A stretch of 64,000 nt of DNA from a candidate division WOR-3 bacterium (GTDB lineage Bacteria; Hydrothermota; Tepidihabitantia; Tepidihabitantales; Tepidihabitantaceae): positions 24,025-88,024 of the forward strand of contig CBFGKH010000009.1 in the NCBI GenBank assembly GCA_965649295.1, in the 5' to 3' direction. Under the pieces are notes generated by a model. The model had not been told where the DNA came from. It saw only the letters and a program-made list of their open reading frames with translations, and ran no database searches. Shown one piece after another: positions 45,686 through 54,186 of this stretch (the first letter of the stretch is position 1; the number at the start of each line of letters is the position of its first letter). Position numbers and translations under genes: made by a program.

Positions 45686-48600
45686 GTCTTGGCTTTGTCT
45701 CCTAATTGGCCTGGCAGTGGCGACTGCGGCAAGTGGAGAACCGAAAGTGCAGGTTCTCGGTTCAGACCGGACCGGCTTCAGCTGTCGCGTCGAGTTTGGG
45801 GAGCCGGTCTTGGTGGCCCGGGGTCAGGCTAGCAGGGTGGAGCTGGACGGCTGCGACAACGTGGCAGAGCCAGGCTGCTTCGACCTGCCGAGCAAGACGA
45901 TTTGCGTTGGTCTGCCGCAAAGCGGTGGCTACCGTCTCGAAGTAGTAGCGCGTGATACTTACTCGCTGTCAGCAGTAGTGGCGCGGGTTCCGCGCTGCTC
46001 TTGGGAAGATGAATGGGACGGGCAAGGCCCAGCAGCGAGCGCGAGGGAAGGAGGAGCGGCAGAGTCTAGTGGCGCTGCTACTGAGAAGTGTGGGCAGTCA
46101 GGCTGGGTAGTCGCTGGTGCGATCAGTTGTCGGCGTGGGATTCGTTTCGTGCCGCTAACCCTCCGGCCTGTTCAATACGATGCCGGGCAGAGAACTGTCC
46201 AGGTTGCTCGGTCCCTTGAGCTGCGCGTTTGCTTCGAGCAACAGCCGGTTGAACTGAGTGTCACTGACCCGTTGACCGCGGTGGTCGGAAATTGGCTTCT
46301 CAACGGCACGGTTGCCGCAGCCTGGAGAGTAGTGGAGATGGGCGCCAATCCTAATCCTTTTGCCCGGTCGGCAAATTGGCTGCGGATTAGAATTGATTCG
46401 ACCGGCCTCTACGGGATTACCGGTCGCGACCTGGCGGCGGCCGGGTTGTCACTGTCTGGTTTGGCTGTATCAACCCTGGCTTTGTACCGTCCGCAAGGAG
46501 CAGACCACGGGGCTAGCTTTGATTCGTTGGTGCCGGTTCCGATCCATGTTGACGATGGCGGTGATGGCAGGTTTGATGCCGATGATGTTATCGTATTCTG
46601 GGGGATTGGTGCGAGCCACTGGACTGCGCTGCAAGCCGAGTATGTGACCAATCTCTACTCGAACCAGAGCGCATACTGGCTGACATGGAATGGTGCGGCT
46701 GGTGCGCGGATGCCGGCTGGGCTTGGTCCTGATTCGATCGGGGCCAGGCGCGTCACGACCGGTCTTGGCCGGGCTCGCATCGAGAAGGACTTGATATGTC
46801 CGGCACGTTCGGGTCTGCTCTGGCTTTGGCAGCAACTCTACAAGCCGCGGGAGCAGTTGGAGGCTTTGTTCCAGACCGACATTCGGCTAGTAGCGCCGTC
46901 TCGGCTCCTCGGTATTGCTGGCCGACTGCTTGCTGATTCTTCAGGTAATACTGTCAGCGTGAAATTGAATGGTCGGCAGGTCGGAACATTAGTTTTCAAC
47001 GAGGCAACACCGGGCCGGCCGTTTCTTTTCAGCCTGGCTGCTGACTTGCCACTTGATTTCAGCAGCAACAGTATCGAGCTCAGCCTGCGTGGCAACGGTG
47101 GCAAGCGGCTCTGGGTTGACTATTTCGAGTTCGAGTACGAGAAGCGACTGACACTCGAATGCGGCCAACTTTTCTTTGTGACAACCGACACCGGTCTCTG
47201 TCGCTATGTGCTGCGTGGTGTCAGTGCCTTGCCCTATGTGGTCAATACGACCGTGCCGGAACGGCCGTTGCTGATTACCGAGCCGCTCTGGCAAGGCGAC
47301 AGTCTTGCTTTCTGCCATCGTGCTGGCCAAGCCAATGAGTTTGCAGTCGCGACCCGGAGTCAGTTGCGCCGGCCAAGCGAGATTCGGCGCTGCCAGCCGG
47401 GTCGGCTGCGTGACCGACTGGTGGCGGCTGACTACTGGATAATCGCACCGTCAGCCCAGTTTGCAGCGGCAGAGCGGTTAGCTCGCTATCGAACCGGCAA
47501 CGTTCCCGGCATCAGCAATGCTCGGGTTGCGGTCGCAGTTCTCGAGGAGGTCTATGACGACTATGGCGGCGGCAATGAATCTCCTTGGGCAGTGAAAAAC
47601 TTCATTGCCGACAAGCAGCCAAGTTATGTCCTGCTCGTTGGCGACGCGACTTGTGACTATCGCGGGCTATTGGGCCCCAGACCGGCTGGCGTGCCGGCCT
47701 GGGAGTATGGCTATGGTCTCAATCCGGATGCCTATGACCGAACCGTCATGGCCTTTGATGCCTGGTATGCCGACTTCGAGGGTGATGGCGGGTCGCCGGA
47801 CGCTATCCTTGGACGAGTGACCACCCGGGACGGAACTGAACTATCGCAATACGTCAGTCGAATCATTGAGTATGAGTCACGACCAACTGGCTACTGGCAG
47901 CGACGTTTTCTGTTGCTGGCTGACGACGAGTTCGAAGGGTCGGTGAGCCGGCCGGACCCGATTGGCTTTGGCCACATCGCCTATTGCGAGGCGATGGCCG
48001 CACTCGCCGACAATACCCTAGAACCGGTCAAGGTGTATCTTACCGAGTATCCGTATGTCGGGGTGAAGAACAAGCCTGGCGCCCATGCTGCTTTGATGCG
48101 GGAGCTAGGTCGTGGCGGTCTGGTCTTGGTCTTCTTTGGTCATGGCGCAGGTCACGACCTGACGCACGAGAGCGTATTGAACATCACTCACACCAGCAGC
48201 ATCCGTAACGAAGGCCGGTCACCAGTGTGTTTCTTCGGCAGTTGCTCGGTGGGAAGATTCGACGACTGGCTCTTTGAGTGCATTGCCGAGGATATTGTCC
48301 GGCAGGGTGGGGCGATTGCAGCAGTGGCAGCAACCAAGGCGACCACTTCTGGTTCAAATCAGGTATTCTGTCGTCAGTTCTTGACCCCACTCTTCTCGTG
48401 GCCGGATTCGACAGTCGGACTCAGCTTCTTTCTTGCCTGGCCAACCGACCGCATCTATCACTTCTTCGGCGACCCAGCGCTGCGGCTACGTCTGCCGACC
48501 GTTGCGACCGCTCCGGTGACGGTTCGGCCCAGTGTTGCCCAACCGTTGCTTGAACTCTCCTGCCGAGCAGTGCTCGACACTTCGGCCGGCGAATACGAGT

Positions 48601-49529
48601 GGCGGTTCTTTGGGCCGCGCCGCAGCCGGCTCTATCGGTCAACTCAGGGCCAGGTAATCTACCTGCTGGCGGGAACAGAGGCAGGCCGGGGCCGAGGCCG
48701 TATCGAACACGGGATGGTCGCTTTTCGGACCATGCTGCCCTTGGGGATTCCGCTCGACACCGTCTTTGTGGCGGACGGCTACTATGCGCCGGTTGTTCGG
48801 TCATGCCGAGTTGGGATCGTCACTGCTGAGCGGATATGGCGCAACGACACAATTGAATTCGCGTTGGACACTGCCCCGAGTGAGGACACGGCTGGTCCAA
48901 CGGTCGAACTGCGTTGTAACGGTACCCGGCTGACCGACGGTGCAACCGTGCCCCGGGACTTCACCCTTGAGGTCGTACTGACCGACACGAGTGGCGTGCT
49001 CGGCGCGGCGACACCGTTTGGTGCGGTGACGCTGACCATCGGTGCTGCTGCGCCGATTGATGTGACGGATCGGCTCGCGTTCGGTGACTCGTACCGGCAT
49101 GCGACCTTGACGGTACCGGTCAGTCTAGCCCAGGACTCGACCCGAATCACGCTCGTAGCCTGTGACAATGCCTTGAACAGAACCACGACTAGCGTTGTGG
49201 TGAGAAGCAGCAGTGTTGCCGAGTTGAAGCTCGACTCGCTACTGCTCTTTCCCAATCCGGCCCGCTATTCGACGAGTCTCTTCTTCTGGTCCAGCCGACC
49301 AGCGGTAGCCCGTTTCCGCGTCCATACCCTTTCCGGCCGGCTCGTCTTTGACTCTGGTACTCGGGCGGTGCGTGCCGGGCACAACCAACTGGACTGGCAC
49401 GGCCGTGACCAGCAGGGCAATATCGTACCGGCTGGTGTTTACCTTGTTTCCTTGCGGCTGACCAGTTCAGCTCCAGACCGACAGTCGCGCACGACGACCG
49501 CTTGCGAGCGACTAATAGTCCGTCGCTAG
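45675..49529 (+). CDS. PorU-like peptidase C25 (gingipain-family) protein with C-terminal T9SS-type domain
   Basis: 1284 aa with signal peptide; central C25-like region (LLVGDATCDY...FFGHGAGH...CFFGSCSVG catalytic His/Cys context); C-terminal LLLFPNPA...GVYLVSL T9SS CTD; directly upstream of PorV homolog as in Bacteroidota porU-porV. Confidence 0.6.
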   Translation: MAARSWLCLLIGLAVATAASGEPKVQVLGSDRTGFSCRVEFGEPVLVARGQASRVELDGCDNVAEPGCFDLPSKTICVGLPQSGGYRLEVVARDTYSLSAVVARVPRCSWEDEWDGQGPAASAREGGAAESSGAATEKCGQSGWVVAGAISCRRGIRFVPLTLRPVQYDAGQRTVQVARSLELRVCFEQQPVELSVTDPLTAVVGNWLLNGTVAAAWRVVEMGANPNPFARSANWLRIRIDSTGLYGITGRDLAAAGLSLSGLAVSTLALYRPQGADHGASFDSLVPVPIHVDDGGDGRFDADDVIVFWGIGASHWTALQAEYVTNLYSNQSAYWLTWNGAAGARMPAGLGPDSIGARRVTTGLGRARIEKDLICPARSGLLWLWQQLYKPREQLEALFQTDIRLVAPSRLLGIAGRLLADSSGNTVSVKLNGRQVGTLVFNEATPGRPFLFSLAADLPLDFSSNSIELSLRGNGGKRLWVDYFEFEYEKRLTLECGQLFFVTTDTGLCRYVLRGVSALPYVVNTTVPERPLLITEPLWQGDSLAFCHRAGQANEFAVATRSQLRRPSEIRRCQPGRLRDRLVAADYWIIAPSAQFAAAERLARYRTGNVPGISNARVAVAVLEEVYDDYGGGNESPWAVKNFIADKQPSYVLLVGDATCDYRGLLGPRPAGVPAWEYGYGLNPDAYDRTVMAFDAWYADFEGDGGSPDAILGRVTTRDGTELSQYVSRIIEYESRPTGYWQRRFLLLADDEFEGSVSRPDPIGFGHIAYCEAMAALADNTLEPVKVYLTEYPYVGVKNKPGAHAALMRELGRGGLVLVFFGHGAGHDLTHESVLNITHTSSIRNEGRSPVCFFGSCSVGRFDDWLFECIAEDIVRQGGAIAAVAATKATTSGSNQVFCRQFLTPLFSWPDSTVGLSFFLAWPTDRIYHFFGDPALRLRLPTVATAPVTVRPSVAQPLLELSCRAVLDTSAGEYEWRFFGPRRSRLYRSTQGQVIYLLAGTEAGRGRGRIEHGMVAFRTMLPLGIPLDTVFVADGYYAPVVRSCRVGIVTAERIWRNDTIEFALDTAPSEDTAGPTVELRCNGTRLTDGATVPRDFTLEVVLTDTSGVLGAATPFGAVTLTIGAAAPIDVTDRLAFGDSYRHATLTVPVSLAQDSTRITLVACDNALNRTTTSVVVRSSSVAELKLDSLLLFPNPARYSTSLFFWSSRPAVARFRVHTLSGRLVFDSGTRAVRAGHNQLDWHGRDQQGNIVPAGVYLVSLRLTSSAPDRQSRTTTACERLIVRR

Positions 49530-49532
49530 TGA

Positions 49533-49564
49533 GCGCCGGAGTGCAGTTGGGTAGCTCCGGCCGC
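49533..49564 (+). terminator. possible stem-loop terminator after porU-like gene
   Basis: GCGCCGGAG-loop(13)-CTCCGGCCGC hairpin 4 nt after the stop; no U-tract, followed by CT-rich run. Confidence 0.25.
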
Positions 49565-50132
49565 TCCTTCCCAGGACAGCCAGATAACATCGCCGGGAAG
49601 ACCAGGCAAGGGGTGGGTAGCGGTGCTGGCAAAGGCTCTGCTCAAGCCCGGTCCCAGTAATCACGATAACAGATTGTTAGACAGAGGGTTAGATGCTGGA
49701 GTTTAGGCACTGCCAAAGAACAGAGCAGAGGCAGGTCGAAACAGTAGGGCAGAGGGACAAGAAGAGAAATCGGCCAAGGCTAGAAGATAGGCCGGGTAAG
49801 AGTTCTTGCTGCTGGCTTTGGTCAAGTCTGCGGGTTAGGCTGCGGAGAACGGTGGAGGTAAGGGCTAGGGGGACGGCCACTGGGTGGCCCAGGGGACGGG
49901 AATTGCCGGGTTGGTGGCTTGCGAGCGTATGTATAGCCGGAGCAAGGATGGGTAGTGGAAGTCGCCGGCCGCCAGCCAGGCAAGAGAACAGGCCAGCGAG
50001 TTGGCCAGGACAAGGGAGATTCGCGGTGCAGGCCGAGCAGTTGGCAGGAAGAGGTGCAGAGCTGGCAGAGGCGACGCTGGTCAGGAGTGCGGCCGCTGAC
50101 CGGTCTGTCTGCCGCGCTTGGGCTCGGCTAGC

Positions 50133-50161
50133 TTGACGCTTGTGATACTGAGTTCTATAAT
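50133..50161 (+). promoter_or_regulatory. putative sigma-70 promoter (TTGACG-N17-TATAAT) 5 nt upstream of PorV-like ORF ATG
   Basis: -35 50133-50138, -10 50156-50161 (perfect TATAAT), ATG 50167. Confidence 0.4.
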
Positions 50162-50166
50162 CAACC

Positions 50167-51342
50167 ATGCCCCAAAGTCAGAATAGTCCTTTTGGCAAGA
50201 GCCCGATGCCACTCCTTTCGCGGAGCGGCTTGATTGTGAGAGTCCTTGGCTTGGTTATGGTCGTTGTTGCCATTGCTGGTGCCGGCCAGAACCCGGGGGC
50301 AGTGTTTCTCATGATCTGGCCGGCGGCCCGGCCCACATCGCTTGGCGGTGCTTTTACCGCTATCGCCGACGACGCGAGCACGGTTTTCTATAATCCCGGC
50401 GGCATGGCTTTCCTGCCCCGGACAAATGCAACGTTGATGCACTGCAACTGGCTGCCCGGGCTTTATCCCGGGATGTACTACGAATACGCTGGTGTGACGC
50501 ATAGTCTCGGCAGTCGCGGCAGCGTCGGTGGCAACGTCGTCTATCTGACGACTGGCGAAACCGATGTGATAAACGAGCGCAACGAATTCCTCGGCCGTTA
50601 CACGACTTTCGATGTGGCGGTTACCGGCTCCTATGGCTACCCAGTGCTGCCCAATCTCGGCTTGGGCGTTGGCGCTAAGTTTGTCTATTCCTTCTTGGTT
50701 CCGGATTGGGTCTGGAGCGTGATGCCGGAGCTTGGCATTGAGGCTGGCGGCACCGGTATCACCTGGGCGCTCGACGCCGGCGCGCTCTATCGGCCTTTCG
50801 ACTTTCTCAAAGTCGGAATGTCGCTGGCCAATCTCGGGCCGAACATCTCCTATACCTCGTCAGGGGAATCAGACCCACTGCCGCGGATGCTGCGGCTGGG
50901 CGTCGCCTACACGCCAGTGGACAATCGGATAGTGAAACTCACGGTCTCTCCCGAGTTTACCAAGATACTGGTCGGCATGTTCTACAACCCTGATGGCGAC
51001 AAGACCCTTGGCCGGATGTTGCAGGAGGAATGGCGCAGCACCTGGCGCAGTTTCGGGGTTGAGGCCTCATTTGTCAATCTGATTCATGCTCGGGTTGGCT
51101 ACTTTGAGGACATTGAAGGTCAGCGCGGCGGCATCGTGCTCGAACGGCCGGGCGAGAATCAGGTTCATTACGGCCTTGACGAAGTGCTGGTGCGTAAGAA
51201 TCTGGGGCGGTTCAAGTCCCTTGGCCTCTGTTTCGGGGCTGGCATCGAGTATGCCAAGTTCAAGTTCGACCTGAGCATTGACAAGTTGATCTACGACTTT
51301 CCGACCGACAACTACAAGTTCTCGCTTTCATACCAATTCTGA
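50167..51342 (+). CDS. PorV (LptO)-like T9SS outer-membrane shuttle/FadL-like beta-barrel
   Basis: 391 aa, size of PorV; GGAFTAIADDASTVFYNPGGMAF motif; ends in beta-strand ...FSLSYQF; signal peptide may begin at second Met (50206). Confidence 0.55.
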   Translation: MPQSQNSPFGKSPMPLLSRSGLIVRVLGLVMVVVAIAGAGQNPGAVFLMIWPAARPTSLGGAFTAIADDASTVFYNPGGMAFLPRTNATLMHCNWLPGLYPGMYYEYAGVTHSLGSRGSVGGNVVYLTTGETDVINERNEFLGRYTTFDVAVTGSYGYPVLPNLGLGVGAKFVYSFLVPDWVWSVMPELGIEAGGTGITWALDAGALYRPFDFLKVGMSLANLGPNISYTSSGESDPLPRMLRLGVAYTPVDNRIVKLTVSPEFTKILVGMFYNPDGDKTLGRMLQEEWRSTWRSFGVEASFVNLIHARVGYFEDIEGQRGGIVLERPGENQVHYGLDEVLVRKNLGRFKSLGLCFGAGIEYAKFKFDLSIDKLIYDFPTDNYKFSLSYQF

Positions 51343-51354
51343 GGCCGACTGGCA

Positions 51355-52674
51355 ATGGCTAGTCTGGTTGTTGTCGGCGCTCAGTGGGGTGACGAGGGCA
51401 AGGGCAAGGTGGCCGACTTTCTGGCCACTACCGCCGACATGGTGGTGCGCTTCCAGGGTGGCCCCAATGCCGGGCATACCGTGGCGGTGGGTGATTATGA
51501 AGTCACATTCCACCAGATTCCTTCGGGAGTGCTCAACCCGGCGGCGAGGTGTCTGATTGGCTGCGGCTGTGTCATAGACCCCTTGGCCTTCAATCGGGAG
51601 CTGGCAGCGCTAGTGCGGCGCGGGCTGCGGCCGAAAGGGAGACTGGCGGTTGACTTCCGCACCCATCTTATTCTTCCCTACCACGTTCAACTCGATGGCT
51701 GTCGCGAAGCCCAGGCGGGTACGTTGCGGATTGGCACAACCGGTCGTGGCATCGGTCCGGCCTACGTTGACAAGTTCGCCCGCGTCGGCATCAGAGTCGC
51801 TGACTTGCTTACCGAGGAGACGTTTCGGGAAAAGCTGCGCGTCAACATCGCGGCTGCGAACTTCTTGCTGATGGAGCGCTACAAGGCCGAACCTTTGTCG
51901 TACAAGCAGACCGTGGCCAGCTACTGGCGCTTGACGCGGCCGCTCGCCAGAATGGCGACCGATGTAAGCCAAGAGGTTGAAGCGGCCCTGGTCAAAGACC
52001 GGCGGGTCCTCTTCGAAGGAGCCCAAGGTATGCACCTCGACATTGACCTTGGCACCTATCCTTATGTCACGGCATCGTCGTGCTGGGCAGGTGGGGTGGC
52101 GCCGGGGGTCGGGATTAGTCCGGTCTGGATTCGGGACGTGCTCGGCGTTGCCAAGGCCTACACGACACGGGTCGGACTCGGTCCTTTCCCGACCGAGATG
52201 ACTGACGAGGAGTCGGCAAGAATCCGGGATATTGGCCACGAGTATGGTGCGACTACTGGCAGGCCGCGACGTTGCGGCTGGTTTGATGCTCCGGTTGTTC
52301 GGGCCGCGGTCCGCTACAACCGACTGATGGGTCTCGTGATAACGAAGCTGGACGTCCTCGACAGTTATCCCGAGATTCGGCTATGCCACTCCTATCGAGT
52401 CCAGGGTCGTTTGCTAGGCGAGTTCGAGCCCTATCATGCCGGTGTCTATGAGCCGGTCTATAGTGTCATGCCGGGCTGGCGGGAGCCAACCAGTCAATGT
52501 CGTACCTGGCGTTCGCTGCCCCTTGCCTGCCGACGCTATCTGCGGAAGATTGAAGAACTGACCGGCTGCCCGATCATTTCGGTTTCGGTTGGTCGGGCGC
52601 GCGAACAGACAGTTCTGGTCCAACCCAAGCGACTGAAGTGGTTAGGCGATGGTGCTAGCCAATGCCGCGGTTAG
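51355..52674 (+). CDS. purA: adenylosuccinate synthetase
   Basis: VVVGAQWGDEGKGKVAD P-loop and GGPNAGHT motifs; 439 aa. Confidence 0.9.
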   Translation: MASLVVVGAQWGDEGKGKVADFLATTADMVVRFQGGPNAGHTVAVGDYEVTFHQIPSGVLNPAARCLIGCGCVIDPLAFNRELAALVRRGLRPKGRLAVDFRTHLILPYHVQLDGCREAQAGTLRIGTTGRGIGPAYVDKFARVGIRVADLLTEETFREKLRVNIAAANFLLMERYKAEPLSYKQTVASYWRLTRPLARMATDVSQEVEAALVKDRRVLFEGAQGMHLDIDLGTYPYVTASSCWAGGVAPGVGISPVWIRDVLGVAKAYTTRVGLGPFPTEMTDEESARIRDIGHEYGATTGRPRRCGWFDAPVVRAAVRYNRLMGLVITKLDVLDSYPEIRLCHSYRVQGRLLGEFEPYHAGVYEPVYSVMPGWREPTSQCRTWRSLPLACRRYLRKIEELTGCPIISVSVGRAREQTVLVQPKRLKWLGDGASQCRG

Positions 52675-52707
52675 ATGAACGTAAGGTCGAGGACTTAGGA
52701 GACTAGC

Positions 52708-53376
52708 TTGGCAGAGATAGCGGTCCTGAAAAGAGTATTGGCGTCCAATGATGCTGTCGCGGCACGGCAGCTTGAGCTGCTGCAACGGAACGGCATTCTG
52801 AGCGTGAACCTGATGTCAGGCCCGGGCGCGGGCAAGACCGCGCTCATTGAGAAGACCCTGGAGAAATTGGCTTCACAATTGCGGATTCACGTAATCGAGG
52901 GCGACCTCTGCGGCGATATTGACGCGCGGCGGATTGCGGCAAGGGGTGTGCCTTGTACGCAAATCAACACTGAGGGCGGATGTCACCTCGATGCTGTCAG
53001 CTTGGAACCGGTTATTGCCGAACTGCCATTGGACAGGCTCGACCTGCTGCTGATTGAGAATGTCGGGAATCTTGTCTGTCCGGCTGAGTTTGCCATGCCG
53101 GCTCAGCGGAACGTTACATTGCTATCGGTAGCCGAAGGTTCGGACAAACCGATCAAGTATCCGTACATGTTTGCCAAGTCTGACCTTGTGGTTGTGACCA
53201 AGACCGACCTGTTGCCCTACGTGGACTTTGACCTCGCTGCCCTCCGGGATGCGATTGGGAAGCTCAAACCCGGACTGCGGGTATTGGCTTTGTCGGTGCG
53301 GACTGGCGATGGACTGGCAGATTGGCTGGATTGGGTGGTGAAAGAGCGAGCCCTGTTTGCGCGTACGTCGGTCTAG
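52708..53376 (+). CDS. hypB: hydrogenase nickel-incorporation GTPase HypB
   Basis: 222 aa; LMSGPGAGKT P-loop, CTQINTEGGCHLD metal-binding CH motif, ENVGNLVCP; lacks His-rich N-terminus. Confidence 0.8.
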   Translation: MAEIAVLKRVLASNDAVAARQLELLQRNGILSVNLMSGPGAGKTALIEKTLEKLASQLRIHVIEGDLCGDIDARRIAARGVPCTQINTEGGCHLDAVSLEPVIAELPLDRLDLLLIENVGNLVCPAEFAMPAQRNVTLLSVAEGSDKPIKYPYMFAKSDLVVVTKTDLLPYVDFDLAALRDAIGKLKPGLRVLALSVRTGDGLADWLDWVVKERALFARTSV

Positions 53377-54175
53377 GTTAGCCCTTGCCTGGCGGTTTCT
53401 GCTGGGCGGGCTGGCAGCCATTGCTGGTTGCAGTGTTCCGGTCCTGCAGCCATCCCAGCCAGTCTCGGTACTGGCCGAAACCTACTTGTCTTCGCCGGTA
53501 GTTGACATCTGCGTTGATGGCAAGTCAGTGTTGGCACTTGATGTCGGCGGCGGCAGGTTGCTGCGCTTTACTCCTGAACTACTGCCGGTTGATACGGTTG
53601 TTCTGCCCCAACGGGTTGTGAACGCACGCGGGTGTGCTAGCGACCGGGCTTACTTCTATCTCTGGAACGACCACAACCTCTACCGGCTGCAGCGAGCAGC
53701 CGACAGCCTTGCCCTCTGGCTGGGGAATGTTCGGCTGGCCGGAATCGCTTCCTATGGGGTCGGCGAAGCCCTGGTTGCCGATGCCCAGCAGGGAGCAGTA
53801 TTTCTCAAGACAGTTTTCGGAGCGAGCCGTCGCTTCCTCCCGGCCGCCGACCTGCCCCGGCCCGGTCCAATGGCGGCACTATCGTCCGATGAGTTCTGTG
53901 CCCTAAGCGGAACGACACGCCTAGTCTTTTTCAATCGAACCGGCGCTGTCCTGCGCGAAATGAAGCTGCCCACTAGCTGCAATCTGCTCGCAACCGCCAA
54001 CGGCAACATCTATGTCGCAAGGAGCGGGGCTGGCGAAGTCTTCCGGCTGGCTGGGGGCAAGTTTCTGAGAATCCTCTTGCCCGAGGGTGTGAGACCGGAA
54101 CGGATTGTTGCAATCGAGGATCGGCTCATCGTCCTGACTGCGGGCTGGCGACTGGTTGCGCTGTCGGCCCGCTAG
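53357..54175 (+). CDS. hypothetical lipoprotein
   Basis: Lipobox LAAIAGC after basic N-terminus; 272 aa, no recognised domain. Confidence 0.4.
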   Translation: MRVRRSRLALAWRFLLGGLAAIAGCSVPVLQPSQPVSVLAETYLSSPVVDICVDGKSVLALDVGGGRLLRFTPELLPVDTVVLPQRVVNARGCASDRAYFYLWNDHNLYRLQRAADSLALWLGNVRLAGIASYGVGEALVADAQQGAVFLKTVFGASRRFLPAADLPRPGPMAALSSDEFCALSGTTRLVFFNRTGAVLREMKLPTSCNLLATANGNIYVARSGAGEVFRLAGGKFLRILLPEGVRPERIVAIEDRLIVLTAGWRLVALSAR

Positions 54176-54186
54176 TTCGCGGCGCG

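Noticed and set aside
49693-50136. 147-aa Arg-rich ORF (and antisense 159-aa ORF) inside the porU-porV spacer
   Set aside because: Low-complexity composition directly reflects the purine strand skew. No RBS, no domain; treated as non-coding.
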